Assembly (NCBI RefSeq): GCF_002803295.2
Contig: NZ_PGGB02000003.1
Span: forward strand, 90,210-122,209
Origin: Caedibacter taeniospiralis
Lineage (GTDB): Bacteria; Pseudomonadota; Gammaproteobacteria; Francisellales; Francisellaceae
Reading direction: 5' to 3'
Length of the DNA stretch: 32,000 nucleotides
Of the stretch, positions 1 through 9,548 are shown piece after piece. The stretch's first letter is position 1, and each line of letters opens with the position of its first letter. Position numbers and translations under genes: made by a program. The notes under the pieces are model-generated. The model did not search any database. It was not told where the DNA came from and was given only the letters and a program-made list of their open reading frames with translations.

Positions 1-59
1 ATGAATGTCTGACAAACGCCGCTATGCTAGCAAGAAAAAAATCAAGCGTATATCAAAAC

Positions 60-656
60 ATGTATCCAGTTGCATTAACAGGGGGTATTGGTAGTGGCAA
101 AACGACGGTTGTAGAGATTTTTAAAACCCAACATGGGATTGATGTCATCTGCGCTGATCAATGCGCCAAAGAAGTTATTTTATTGCCTGAAGTTATAAGC
201 GCTATTGTCAATCAATTTGGTGCGCCAATCCTTGATGATGGGGGTTTGATCGATCGACAAAAATTACGTTACATCATTAGCCAGGATTCATCGGCACGTC
301 ATTGGTTAAATAAACTCATGCACCCCATCATTCGTCAGCAAATAGAAGAAAAGCTCAAGCAAAGCCACTCCATTTATACGATTATTGATATTCCACTGTT
401 AACCCAGGAAAGCCTGGCTAATTACCCTTATCTTAAAAAAATCATTTGCGTCTGTGCTTTACTTGAGAGAAAACTCGCCCGAATTATACAACGTGATAAG
501 CAAACGAAAGACGAAGCACTGGCATTGATTCAAAGCCAAATTAGCGACGATGAACGCCGAGGGTTTAGTGATTTTGTTATTGATAATAACGGGGATATCA
601 AGGCACTTGTGCCGCAGATTACACAGATAGATCTGAAGATTAGAAAGGGTATCTAG
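60..656 (+). CDS. coaE: dephospho-CoA kinase
   Basis: ORF 24..656. The Walker A motif ALTGGIGSGKTTV follows the Met at 60 with the same spacing as E. coli CoaE (MRYIVALTGGIGSGKST), so the start at 60 is preferred over 24. Confidence 0.85.
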   Translation: MYPVALTGGIGSGKTTVVEIFKTQHGIDVICADQCAKEVILLPEVISAIVNQFGAPILDDGGLIDRQKLRYIISQDSSARHWLNKLMHPIIRQQIEEKLKQSHSIYTIIDIPLLTQESLANYPYLKKIICVCALLERKLARIIQRDKQTKDEALALIQSQISDDERRGFSDFVIDNNGDIKALVPQITQIDLKIRKGI

Positions 657-665
657 ACGGCCACA

Positions 666-1115
666 CTACATGACACCTAAATATCGCCTTTCCTCAGCCT
701 GAGAAATATTTCGCCTAAATATCAGCCGCAATGAAGCGATGATTTTCTTTGGCTTTGTCAGCATTTCACTGATGGCTTTCGCGATAATATCAAGTCCTGC
801 GCGCACAATGGAGCATTGGGCATATCCATGTTTTTTGGGTTTGAAAGCAAGAAGTTTTTTCGTGAGCGCGATATCCCCCTGGCGATAAGCCCAAATAAAG
901 GCAATACTGGTCAGAAAAAACAAAGCAGATAGTCTGTCGTGGTCGTTAATATGCGTGCTTTCCAAGTTAAACCCGCGTTGTTTCATAGCGCTAAATAGCG
1001 TCTCTACTTGCCAGCGCATGCGATATAGCTCACAAACTGCCTCTTCACTAAAGTTAGATACCAGGATGAGCAGTTGACCATCCGCTAGCCGTTTACAAGC
1101 AATGGGCTTTGTTGA
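666..1115 (-). mobile_element. IS4-family (DDE_Tnp_1 type) transposase, C-terminal fragment, 5'-truncated
   Basis: ORF 666..1019 plus in-frame open codons up to a stop at 1116-1118. It contains YRMRWQVETLFSAMK, an exact Y-x2-R-x3-E-x6-K signature of IS4-type DDE transposases. Only about 150 C-terminal codons remain, with no start codon for the extended frame. Confidence 0.7.
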
Positions 1116-1229
1116 TTAGCTTAAAATATAACCAATATTAAGTTTGAAAAGCAGCTTCACAAAAGAGAATTGACTTGTTTGTGAATATAATTGGCTTTAA
1201 AACACTCTGTTTTCTGAACATTTATCATG

Positions 1230-1244
1230 CTGCTGGGTAGTTAC
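1230..1244. repeat. solo copy of the IS66-type terminal inverted repeat (CTGCTGGGTAGTTAC)
   Basis: 15/15 nt identical to the right terminus of the IS66 remnant at 30461-30475. It lies between the truncated IS4 fragment and the low-GC POT gene. Confidence 0.35.
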
Positions 1245-1287
1245 CAGTTTTTTTGAAAATTGGTCTGTCTGGACTCTTAACCCGCTA

Positions 1288-2763
1288 CTATTGCTCTAAT
1301 TTATTAATAAATGGAGAAATAAGCATAACTACTATTGCCAGAATTGCCGAGATTAAGCATATGTGTTTGAAAAAATTAAAGTATGTAGATATGCTCATCT
1401 CTTCAATAAAATTAGTCTCAATACCAGTAAAGATTGCGAGAACACCTGAGATATAACTAGCGAAAGCAATTGCTAACATAAAAACACCTATCATCAGACC
1501 CAATTGTCGAGCTGGCGAAATACACGTTATGGTAGACAGGGCAGTAGGCATCAGCAATAGTTCTCCAATTGTAAAAAATAAGTACGCAAATACTAACCAA
1601 ATCATAGATGTCCCCTGATTAGTAGTTAAATAAGAACCTAGCGCTAGCATACCGAAACCTATTGATAACATTAAAAGCGCAATACCAAATTTCATTGTGG
1701 TTGTTGGATTACAATTTTTATGCTTAAGGAATGCTAAAAATTTTACTAGCAAAGGCGATATTGTCATAATAAATAATGGATTTAATGATTTATACGCACC
1801 TGCAGGTATTTGATATGAAAACACCCAACGATCAACATGTCTGTCTGTGAATAGAATTACAGATGATCCCATCTGTTCAAAAAAAGAAAAGAAAAGCATA
1901 GTAATAAACATCAGTAAGAAAATATAAATAATAGTTTTGCGTTCTTGTGGTGCGAGATTTATTGATAAGTATACGAAATAACATAGCACTAACAACCCAA
2001 AAAAAGATAATATCACACCGCTATGTTTTGGATGAGAAAGTAGATAAATAAACAAAGGTAATAGTAAAATAATGGAAAAGATTAACTTTATTATATAAAC
2101 GTATGGAATAATTGCTTTATTTAACAAATCTTTTATTGATTGACTGCTTGACGGTAAAATAAAAATTCCATTATAAGTAGCGTACAAAAAAACTATTAGT
2201 CCTATGGACATTCCAACTGCTGCCAAACCAAAGCCATAATGCCATCCTAGCCATTGCGCAATAACAGTTACTAAAATAGTTGCTGAAAACGAGCCAATAC
2301 TGATGCCCATGTAGAATATTATGAAACCACTGTCACGGCGAGGATCATTTTTATAATATAGTCCACCCAACATGGTAGGTACTGTCGGCTTAAAAAAGCC
2401 CGTTCCAACAATAATAAGTGATAATCCAAGGTAAAAACAAATATGATGACCGGACCAAAAAAAACTATCTGGCATTGCTAAACTTAAATGTCCACAAACA
2501 ATAAGAATTCCTCCCAACAAAACAGAACGCTCATGCCCAAGATATGTATCAGCAATATACCCACCAAGCACTGGTGTTATATACACAAACGCAGTAAATG
2601 TACCATAAGTTAAATAAGATAATGTATCACTAAATAACAGCTCTTGAGTCATGTATAGTACTAAAAGAACACGCATACCAAAATAACTAAAGCGTTCCCA
2701 TAATTCAGTAAAGAACAGATAATATAACCCTTTCGGTTGTGCTATTTGCAATGCGCTTTTCAT
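1288..2763 (-). CDS. POT/PTR2-family proton-dependent di/tripeptide transporter
   Basis: 491-aa polytopic membrane ORF. The N-terminal motif FFTELWERFSYFGMRVLLVLYM matches the PTR2 signature of DtpA/DtpT-type transporters. Confidence 0.85.
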   Translation of the reverse strand: MKSALQIAQPKGLYYLFFTELWERFSYFGMRVLLVLYMTQELLFSDTLSYLTYGTFTAFVYITPVLGGYIADTYLGHERSVLLGGILIVCGHLSLAMPDSFFWSGHHICFYLGLSLIIVGTGFFKPTVPTMLGGLYYKNDPRRDSGFIIFYMGISIGSFSATILVTVIAQWLGWHYGFGLAAVGMSIGLIVFLYATYNGIFILPSSSQSIKDLLNKAIIPYVYIIKLIFSIILLLPLFIYLLSHPKHSGVILSFFGLLVLCYFVYLSINLAPQERKTIIYIFLLMFITMLFFSFFEQMGSSVILFTDRHVDRWVFSYQIPAGAYKSLNPLFIMTISPLLVKFLAFLKHKNCNPTTTMKFGIALLMLSIGFGMLALGSYLTTNQGTSMIWLVFAYLFFTIGELLLMPTALSTITCISPARQLGLMIGVFMLAIAFASYISGVLAIFTGIETNFIEEMSISTYFNFFKHICLISAILAIVVMLISPFINKLEQ

Positions 2764-2820
2764 TCTACAGAACCTTTTAGCTGTGTAAAATTAGCAAAAA
2801 AATTTTTGCTATGTGTGTGA

Positions 2821-3768
2821 TTATAATACAATCGTTTCTTTGACTTTTAGTGCGCTGTCTATAGCACGTGAGAAACATGAAGCTAGTATCTGCACTTTAG
2901 TATTATCAACAGAAAGATTAGACAGTTTAAAATCATCATCAGTGATTTCATTACATGACAATAGATCTTTGCGAACATCGATACACACAGTTCCTAATTC
3001 GAGCATAAGATAATAGCCAACCATATGGGTCTCGAGTAGATATGGTTTATCATAACTAATAGGAATATTTGCCTGATTGAAATTTGTAGTTAAAGCATCT
3101 ATTACGTCTTTGTTGGCGTAAATATTATTTAATAAATCACCTGTAAAAATTTCTGTTTGACGTATTTCCCCATTGAGATGACTAAGTTCAAAGGATTCGA
3201 TATAGTCAAGTAAATTATCAGGTGTTTCTAATAAAATCCCTTTAGGATTTTTCAAAGACTCTTTAGGTGAATAAGGTGCCATCGAATGCAAGTCAATTGA
3301 AATAGCCCCTAACTGTTTGGCTTTTGAGATGATAGTTTTTAGGGAGTAGATATACTGCTCATGTGTATCAACCAGAATAGCTTTAATTTCTGGATATTTT
3401 TGATAATCAATAACATTACGTACACAGTGAGGATAAAATCTTCCAGGGTCAATAATCGCACGAGGCAACGTTGGCTCAACTATTAACACCTTTATATCTA
3501 ATTTATCCCAACAGTATCTTGCAATGGCATGACCAAGCTCATGTGTCCCAAAATCATACTCAATAGATAGATAACGCTGAAAATCATGTTTTGATAATTT
3601 TATTAAGTGCTTAATATCAGAAATTTGATCCAAAAATTTCTCTCCAAAAGGAGCATGGGGGCATGTGATAATACAATCAAAATCAAATGTATCAGAGTAA
3701 TATGTACTGATAATTGTATTATCAGTAACAACTTTTGGAGTATAACAACTTAATTGCATAATTTTCAA
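2821..3768 (-). CDS. N-formylglutamate amidohydrolase (FGase, PF05013)-like hydrolase, tentative
   Basis: 315-aa ORF with the motifs CPHAPFG, EYDFGTHELG, PRAIIDPGR and SIDLHSM in the order seen in FGase/HutG-like zinc amidohydrolases. Assignment is by motif recall only. Confidence 0.45.
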   Translation of the reverse strand: MKIMQLSCYTPKVVTDNTIISTYYSDTFDFDCIITCPHAPFGEKFLDQISDIKHLIKLSKHDFQRYLSIEYDFGTHELGHAIARYCWDKLDIKVLIVEPTLPRAIIDPGRFYPHCVRNVIDYQKYPEIKAILVDTHEQYIYSLKTIISKAKQLGAISIDLHSMAPYSPKESLKNPKGILLETPDNLLDYIESFELSHLNGEIRQTEIFTGDLLNNIYANKDVIDALTTNFNQANIPISYDKPYLLETHMVGYYLMLELGTVCIDVRKDLLSCNEITDDDFKLSNLSVDNTKVQILASCFSRAIDSALKVKETIVL

Positions 3769-4345
3769 TCCTCATATTTTATCGTTATCTGAAATTTCCA
3801 AAATTTTGTAATAAATTGCCAGAGATGAGCTGCAAACCGGAATTCATCCCTGTTATCTTAGGGACTGCAAAAAAAAACAGGAGGAGCTCATCAACGGATA
3901 CCTTACTCTCCTTACTAACTCACTTGCAAGCATTTTCTTTGTACACGAAGAAAAAACTGCAAACTATAGTAGGTCATGAAAAAGAACCTCAAGCAGCTGA
4001 CAGGTAGTTTAAAGGAAATTTTAACTGGCACAAATCAAGATTGGATTGTTTTGCTAACCTTTTGGTTAGCTTAATCTCCAGGCAAGCGGCAAACCTTGCC
4101 CATTTAGCACCACATTTTGCGAGAGATACCAAAATTGCTGTGATGCAAAATTCTGTGATGTGATTGTAGTGAAATAGTAGCTGGGTAAAACAAGACGCCT
4201 TTGCGAGGCTTGGGCGCAGTGAGGCGAAAGTTTCATGCTGCGTTCTTCGAGGAGCCACTCTCAATAGTGGGATTGGCTTACTCTACGATAGCCAGCAATG
4301 GTCATTGCTTATCCGACGGTAGTATAATGCACTTGCTGCTACAAA

Positions 4346-5182
4346 TTAGAGCACCATAAACATGCTAAGCAAGGTAATGTTGACGATAGACAATATAAAC
4401 ATTTTACGCGCCCACTGGCTAGCGTTATCTGTTTTAAAGCCTTTGATACTTAGACCAAGCCAATAAATACCCAAGATAAGCGCAACTGCTAGATACAAAA
4501 TATGCACGCGAGCCACCATGGCAAGCATTAAAGTTGCAGCCACGTAGAGCAATATAAATATCAGCATATTGACTTGAGTGTACAGCATACTGCGCTTTAA
4601 GGGTAAAACGGGAATATTAGCCGCCGCATAATCATCTTTGCGGTAAATAGCAATGGCGAAAAAATGTGGCATTTGCCAACAAAACAGAATGATAAACAGG
4701 GTAAGCGCTGCCAGGTCAAATTGATTGCTCACTGCCGTATAACCAATTACTGGAGGAACCGCCCCTGAAATAGCCCCGATAACTGTACCAAAAATTGAGC
4801 TGCGCTTAAACCATATGGTATACGCCACCACATAGGCAAATAAACCAATGGCGGCAATGCTTAGTGTAAGTAGATTAGTGCCAAGGTATAAAGTAGCAAA
4901 ACCAATTATACCGAGAATAAAGGCATAACTTAGCGCAAATTTCAATGAAACAAGACCACATGCGGAGGGTCTTTTTTGCGTACGCGTCATCAGCTGGTCA
5001 ATATCGCGATCGATGTAATTGTTAAGCACACAACCACAGGCTATAACCAACGCCATGCCAACGAGTGCACTTAAGAATGTGATCCAGGAAAAATCACCTT
5101 GAAGCGCGACAAAAAAGCCACCACACAGAGTCACAATATTGCCAAAAATAATACCAGGCTTAATTAGTTTGATTAGTTTCAT
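4346..5182 (-). CDS. cyoE: protoheme IX farnesyltransferase (heme O synthase)
   Basis: KPGIIFGN, NNYIDRDID and WQMPHFFAIAIYRKDDYAAANIPVLP all closely parallel E. coli CyoE. It is the last gene of the cyo operon. Confidence 0.9.
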   Translation of the reverse strand: MKLIKLIKPGIIFGNIVTLCGGFFVALQGDFSWITFLSALVGMALVIACGCVLNNYIDRDIDQLMTRTQKRPSACGLVSLKFALSYAFILGIIGFATLYLGTNLLTLSIAAIGLFAYVVAYTIWFKRSSIFGTVIGAISGAVPPVIGYTAVSNQFDLAALTLFIILFCWQMPHFFAIAIYRKDDYAAANIPVLPLKRSMLYTQVNMLIFILLYVAATLMLAMVARVHILYLAVALILGIYWLGLSIKGFKTDNASQWARKMFILSIVNITLLSMFMVL

Positions 5183-5187
5183 TAACG

Positions 5188-5526
5188 CTACATGATCATC
5201 ATCATGCTATAAAGATTGAACATAATCCATAAAGTGCCAATGACAAGAATTAAGACAACAATGACGGCAAATACAAAGCTGATCATATTCCAGCGTGCTT
5301 TTGAATCTGTGCTTAAGTGCAAGAAAAACACCAGCTGCACATAAAGCTGAATAAGTGCCAAGACCACAACAGAAACATATAAGCCAATGGGCGGGAACGC
5401 CTTACAACCCACCAATGTAAATGCAATGACTGTAATAATGACTGACAGCACAAACCCCGTTATATATGTCCTGTACGTACCATAAGCTGCACCTGTTTCG
5501 TGATCGTATAAATGTTCTTTAGCCAT
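5188..5526 (-). CDS. cyoD: cytochrome o ubiquinol oxidase subunit IV
   Basis: 112-aa ORF with 3 TM segments. YITGFVLSVIITVIAF and the C-terminus WIMFNLYSMMM resemble E. coli CyoD, and the operon position fits. Confidence 0.85.
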   Translation of the reverse strand: MAKEHLYDHETGAAYGTYRTYITGFVLSVIITVIAFTLVGCKAFPPIGLYVSVVVLALIQLYVQLVFFLHLSTDSKARWNMISFVFAVIVVLILVIGTLWIMFNLYSMMMIM

Positions 5527-5527
5527 A

Positions 5528-6133
5528 TTAGATTGCTCCCATTAAGTAAACAACAGAGAATACGAAAATCCACACAATATCCAGGAAATGCCAGAACAAA
5601 CCAAGATAGGTGAGTTTTGTTTTACTCATTGGCGTAATGCCATACTTATGGATTTGAAAAATCATGCTTAGAATCCAGATCAAACCAATGCTGACGTGTA
5701 GTCCATGTGTTCCAACAAGCGTAAAGAAAGAAGACAAAAATGCGCTTTGTGCCCATGAATGCCCTTCCATATACAGGTGATGAAACTCATAAAGCTCCAT
5801 GATAATAAAGCCTAAGCCTAAAATAAAAGTTACCCATAACCAGTTCGTGACCGTCTTTACGTTTCCTGAATTACGCGACAGCATGGCTAAACCGAAGGTA
5901 AAGCTACTGATCAAGAGTAACATTGTTTCAATAAATACAAATGGCAGACTAAACAGTTCTTTGGCACTTGGTCCACCAAAGGTGTGTGTATTAAAGACTG
6001 CGTAAACTGCAAACAGCGTTGCAAACAACACGCAGTCACTCATAATATATATCCAAAAGCCAAACACGCTCTTGGAGCCATCATAATGGTGATGGTGTTC
6101 ACCGTGATGGTTTTTTACTGCTGTAGCACTCAT
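5528..6133 (-). CDS. cyoC: cytochrome o ubiquinol oxidase subunit III
   Basis: 201-aa membrane ORF with the His-rich N-terminus and [13 protein letters not shown] motif of oxidase subunit III. It overlaps the cyoB stop by 4 nt. Confidence 0.9.
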   Translation of the reverse strand: MSATAVKNHHGEHHHHYDGSKSVFGFWIYIMSDCVLFATLFAVYAVFNTHTFGGPSAKELFSLPFVFIETMLLLISSFTFGLAMLSRNSGNVKTVTNWLWVTFILGLGFIIMELYEFHHLYMEGHSWAQSAFLSSFFTLVGTHGLHVSIGLIWILSMIFQIHKYGITPMSKTKLTYLGLFWHFLDIVWIFVFSVVYLMGAI

Positions 6134-8160
6134 GCGCCCACCTTCTTCATGTTTTCAATTTCACTTTCTGTTTCTTCTACTTCTTTTGCTTTGACGAAGT
6201 AGTCGATATCGTAGTTAAACCCGCGCGTAATCACAGAAGCAATGATGCCAACCAAACCAACCACGGCAAGCCACCAGATATGCCATATCATGGCAAAGCC
6301 AAACGCTAAAGCAAATGCGCCAATTACAAAAGCAACCCCTGTATTTCTCGGCATATGAATATCTTCATAAGGGCGTTTTTCAGAGGCGGGTCTGTTTTCA
6401 ATATTTAAGCCCTTTTTCTTATGCTCCCAGAAGCCATCCAGTGAATCGACCACAGGATCACGTGCAAAATTATAAAAAGGCGCTGGCGATGCCGTTGCCC
6501 ATTCAAGGGTGCGCCCATTCCAAGGATCACCCGTTAAATCACGGTTTTTGTGACGGTCTTTGATACTGACAATAATCTGAATGACTTGTAAAAGCACGCC
6601 AATGGCAATCAACATTGAACCGACCCACGCTACGACCAACCAAGGTTGGAAACCGGTTGAGGCGTCATAATTATACAAGCGACGCGTCATGCCAATAGCG
6701 CCAAGATAATAAAGCGGCATAAAGGCTACAAAGAAACCAATAATCCAGAACCAGAATGACCACTTGCCCAGACGTTCGTTAAGCTTAAAGCCAAACATTT
6801 TCGGAAACCAGTAGATAAGACCCGCAAAGTAACCAAAGACGACACCGCCAATAATAACGTTATGAAAATGCGCAATCAAGAACACGCTGTTGTGCATCTG
6901 AAAATCGACACCTGGCACTGACAGCAATACCCCCGTCATCCCACCAATCGTAAAGGTCACCAAAAAGCCCATCAGCCAATACATTGGCGAGGTAAAGGTA
7001 ATTCGCCCACGAAACATGGTGAACAACCAGTTGAAAATCTTAACCCCCGTTGGAATCGCAATAATCATCGTCATAATACCAAAGAAGGCGTTTACATTGG
7101 CACCTGCCCCCATCGTAAAGAAGTGGTGCAGCCATACTGAGAAGGAAAGAACGGTGATGACAATGCTCGCCCCCACCATCGTTGCATAACCAAATAATTT
7201 TTTCTTGGCAAATACTGAAGTGATTTCTGAGAAGATCCCAAACGCAGGTAAAATCAAAATATAAACTTCAGGGTGCCCCCAGATCCAGATCAGATTGACA
7301 TACATCATCTGATCTCCGCCGCCACTAACGGTGAAGAAATTCGTACCAAGATAACGATCCAAGGTTAATAGCGCCAAGGTTACTGTTAACACGGGGAAGG
7401 CAGCGATCACTAGAATAATTGAACACAATGAAGTCCAGGTAAATACGGGCATTTTCATCAAGGTCATGCCTTTACAGCGCATTTTGATGATGGTGACAAA
7501 AAAGTTTACTCCCGTCATCAGCGACCCGATACCCGATATCTGAAGCGCCCATATCCAATAATCCACCCCGACACTGGGACTATAAGCCGTCTCCGAATAA
7601 GGAGGATATGCCAACCAGCCCGTGTGCGCAAAGTCACCTATGAGCAAAGACATATTAACCAACACCACACCGACAACGAAAAGCCAGAAACTTAGCGAAT
7701 TCAGATAGGGGAATGCCACATCACGCGCGCCAATTTGCAGTGGAATCGCGATATTCATCAAGCCAAACATCAAAGGCATTGCCACAAAGAAAATCATGAT
7801 AACACCATGAGCAGTGAATATCTGATCAAAATGCTCAGGAATCAGATAACCCGTACTATCCCCTGATGCCAGTGCCTGTTGCGTACGCATCATTGCGGCA
7901 TCGACGAATCCACGAAATAACATCACCAAGGCGACAAGGATGTACATGATGCCAATTTTTTTATGATCTACCGTGGTAAACCACTCGCGCCACAAGTATC
8001 CCCATTTTTTATAATACGTGACGCCACCAACTAATGCTAAGCCGCCAACCACGATGAAGATAAACATTCCAAGAATGATCAGCTGCTGGCTTACGGGTTC
8101 CCATAAGTACGGAAAAACCTCATGTGGATCACTCAGTCTTCCAATTAATGCTTCTAACAT
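6130..8160 (-). CDS. cyoB: cytochrome o ubiquinol oxidase subunit I
   Basis: 676-aa heme-copper oxidase subunit I with the motifs [17 protein letters not shown] and [13 protein letters not shown]. Confidence 0.95.
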   Translation of the reverse strand: MLEALIGRLSDPHEVFPYLWEPVSQQLIILGMFIFIVVGGLALVGGVTYYKKWGYLWREWFTTVDHKKIGIMYILVALVMLFRGFVDAAMMRTQQALASGDSTGYLIPEHFDQIFTAHGVIMIFFVAMPLMFGLMNIAIPLQIGARDVAFPYLNSLSFWLFVVGVVLVNMSLLIGDFAHTGWLAYPPYSETAYSPSVGVDYWIWALQISGIGSLMTGVNFFVTIIKMRCKGMTLMKMPVFTWTSLCSIILVIAAFPVLTVTLALLTLDRYLGTNFFTVSGGGDQMMYVNLIWIWGHPEVYILILPAFGIFSEITSVFAKKKLFGYATMVGASIVITVLSFSVWLHHFFTMGAGANVNAFFGIMTMIIAIPTGVKIFNWLFTMFRGRITFTSPMYWLMGFLVTFTIGGMTGVLLSVPGVDFQMHNSVFLIAHFHNVIIGGVVFGYFAGLIYWFPKMFGFKLNERLGKWSFWFWIIGFFVAFMPLYYLGAIGMTRRLYNYDASTGFQPWLVVAWVGSMLIAIGVLLQVIQIIVSIKDRHKNRDLTGDPWNGRTLEWATASPAPFYNFARDPVVDSLDGFWEHKKKGLNIENRPASEKRPYEDIHMPRNTGVAFVIGAFALAFGFAMIWHIWWLAVVGLVGIIASVITRGFNYDIDYFVKAKEVEETESEIENMKKVGA

Positions 8161-8177
8161 ATTTTTTCCCTATTCAT

Positions 8178-9176
8178 TCACATTTTAAGACTTGTTTCTG
8201 ACATATGGTGCATATGTCCCATCATGCCTGGTTTATAGTTTGGCATCATGTAGTACATAACAATGTCGTTAAATAGATTTTTATCCACTTGACCATAATA
8301 AGTTACAGGATTGTTCACTGAGCGTATGACTAAATGATCCCAGAAATAATCCCATGTCAGATTCTTTTTATCTGATTTGACTTCTGTCACCCACTGATCA
8401 AAGTCTGCCTTAGCGGTTGCATCCGCATAAAATTGCATATGCGCAAACCCTTGCCCTGTATAATTTGCAGAGAAACCACGATATGTGCCCGGACGCTCAG
8501 CCAACAAGTGCAACTTAGTAATCATGCCAGTCATTGCATAAATCTGCCCTCCTAGCTGCGGAATGAAAAATGAATTCATTGGCGCCGCGGAAGTAATCCT
8601 AAAATTAACGGGCTGCCCCACAGGAATAACGATTTTATTCACGGTTGCAATATCGTATTGCGGATAGATAAACATCCATTTCCAATCTAAGGCAACCACC
8701 TCAATTTCAACAGGTTGCTGATCTGACTTTAATGGCTTGTATGGATTTAATGAGTGTGTTGTTACCCACGTGACAATAGCCAGTATCAAAATAATAACAC
8801 AGGGGATTGCCCACCATACGATCTCAAGCGCCGTGCTGTGAGACCACTCTGGACGATATTTTGACTTGGTCGCGCCATCTCTATAGCGCCACGCAAACCA
8901 GAACGTCAAAAAAATAACGGGAATAACGACAATTAGCATCAACAAAATAGCAAATACCAATAGCCTTAATTCGTGATGTGCAACAGGTCCTTGTGGATCG
9001 AGCACGCCTGAGCTGCAACCACCCAGTAACATTACTGGGATCAAAACCATTAATGCACCTGACGGCTTAGCTAAAGGCTGTTTGCGTTTTGGTTTTCTGT
9101 ACCCAGAACCAAACAAGACCGACAAATTCGCCAGCCTTTTTAGTGCAGATACGAAAAAGTGCAAATACTTCATCAT
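8178..9176 (-). CDS. cyoA: cytochrome o ubiquinol oxidase subunit II (lipoprotein)
   Basis: ORF 8178..9233. It has the lipobox LLGGC followed by SSGVLDPQGP (E. coli: LLSGCNSALLDPKGQ). The start is set at the double ATG at 9171-9176, which is preceded by AAGGAAATCAAT. The true start is uncertain because the pre-lipobox region is long. Confidence 0.85.
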   Translation of the reverse strand: MMKYLHFFVSALKRLANLSVLFGSGYRKPKRKQPLAKPSGALMVLIPVMLLGGCSSGVLDPQGPVAHHELRLLVFAILLMLIVVIPVIFLTFWFAWRYRDGATKSKYRPEWSHSTALEIVWWAIPCVIILILAIVTWVTTHSLNPYKPLKSDQQPVEIEVVALDWKWMFIYPQYDIATVNKIVIPVGQPVNFRITSAAPMNSFFIPQLGGQIYAMTGMITKLHLLAERPGTYRGFSANYTGQGFAHMQFYADATAKADFDQWVTEVKSDKKNLTWDYFWDHLVIRSVNNPVTYYGQVDKNLFNDIVMYYMMPNYKPGMMGHMHHMSETSLKM

Positions 9177-9407
9177 ATTGATTTCCTTAGTTCCTCTATA
9201 TCTGGCTAAGTTATTGAAAATAACTTCGGGCATAGTATAACTATTTTTTTGCTAATTAAAACCGTGACTGCTGACTTTGTACCGAAAAGCTTTTCTAATC
9301 TCAATGTCAGATGAACAGTGCTTGGCTGGAGTGAGAAATATCGGCTCTGAGTATCTTTCCGCCCACCGTTACCCTGCGCGAAGTCGTTAGGGTTATTTGA
9401 AAGCTGG

Positions 9408-9427
9408 ATTCCCGCCTTCGCGGGAAT
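9408..9427. repeat. ATTCCCGC-N4-GCGGGAAT hairpin repeat (the unit that translates as VIPAKAGIQ in spurious ORFs)
   Basis: Perfect 8-bp inverted repeat in the cyoA upstream intergenic region. Overlapping ORFs 9206..9499 and 9307..9552 read VIPAKAGIQ and SFPRRRESS, the known translation artefacts of this repeat type. Confidence 0.5.
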
Positions 9428-9548
9428 GACCGTGTCTCTTTTGTTTGGGCGGAAATTTTGTCTAAGCCGAATATTGAGTGCCAATGGAAGACCAGGCATT
9501 CAAGAAAGGCACCAGTAGCCAACAACCCCCTATTTCTTTCGAACTTCA

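Noticed and set aside
1-23. A possible 3' end of an upstream gene (for example pilD, which often precedes coaE)
   Set aside because: Only about 10 nt of coding sequence precede a TGA stop, so it cannot be identified.
1253-1456. Plus-strand ORF 1253..1456, together with 2813..3013
   Set aside because: They lie antisense to the 3' ends of the POT transporter and FGase-like genes. In AT-rich sequence such open frames arise by chance.
3816-4264. ORFs 3816..4007 (+) and 3989..4264 (-), and a possible RNase P, tmRNA or 6S RNA gene in this gap
   Set aside because: The ORFs have no SD, no recognisable motifs and atypical composition. I found none of the conserved RNase P (GAGGAAAGTCCGGGC-like) or tmRNA end signatures. 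6S RNA cannot be judged by eye. The gap is kept only as an unexplained non-coding region.
5799-6563. Plus-strand ORFs 5799..6005, 5984..6202 and 6315..6563
   Set aside because: They lie antisense inside cyoC and cyoB, which have strong homology support. They are shadow ORFs with no start context.
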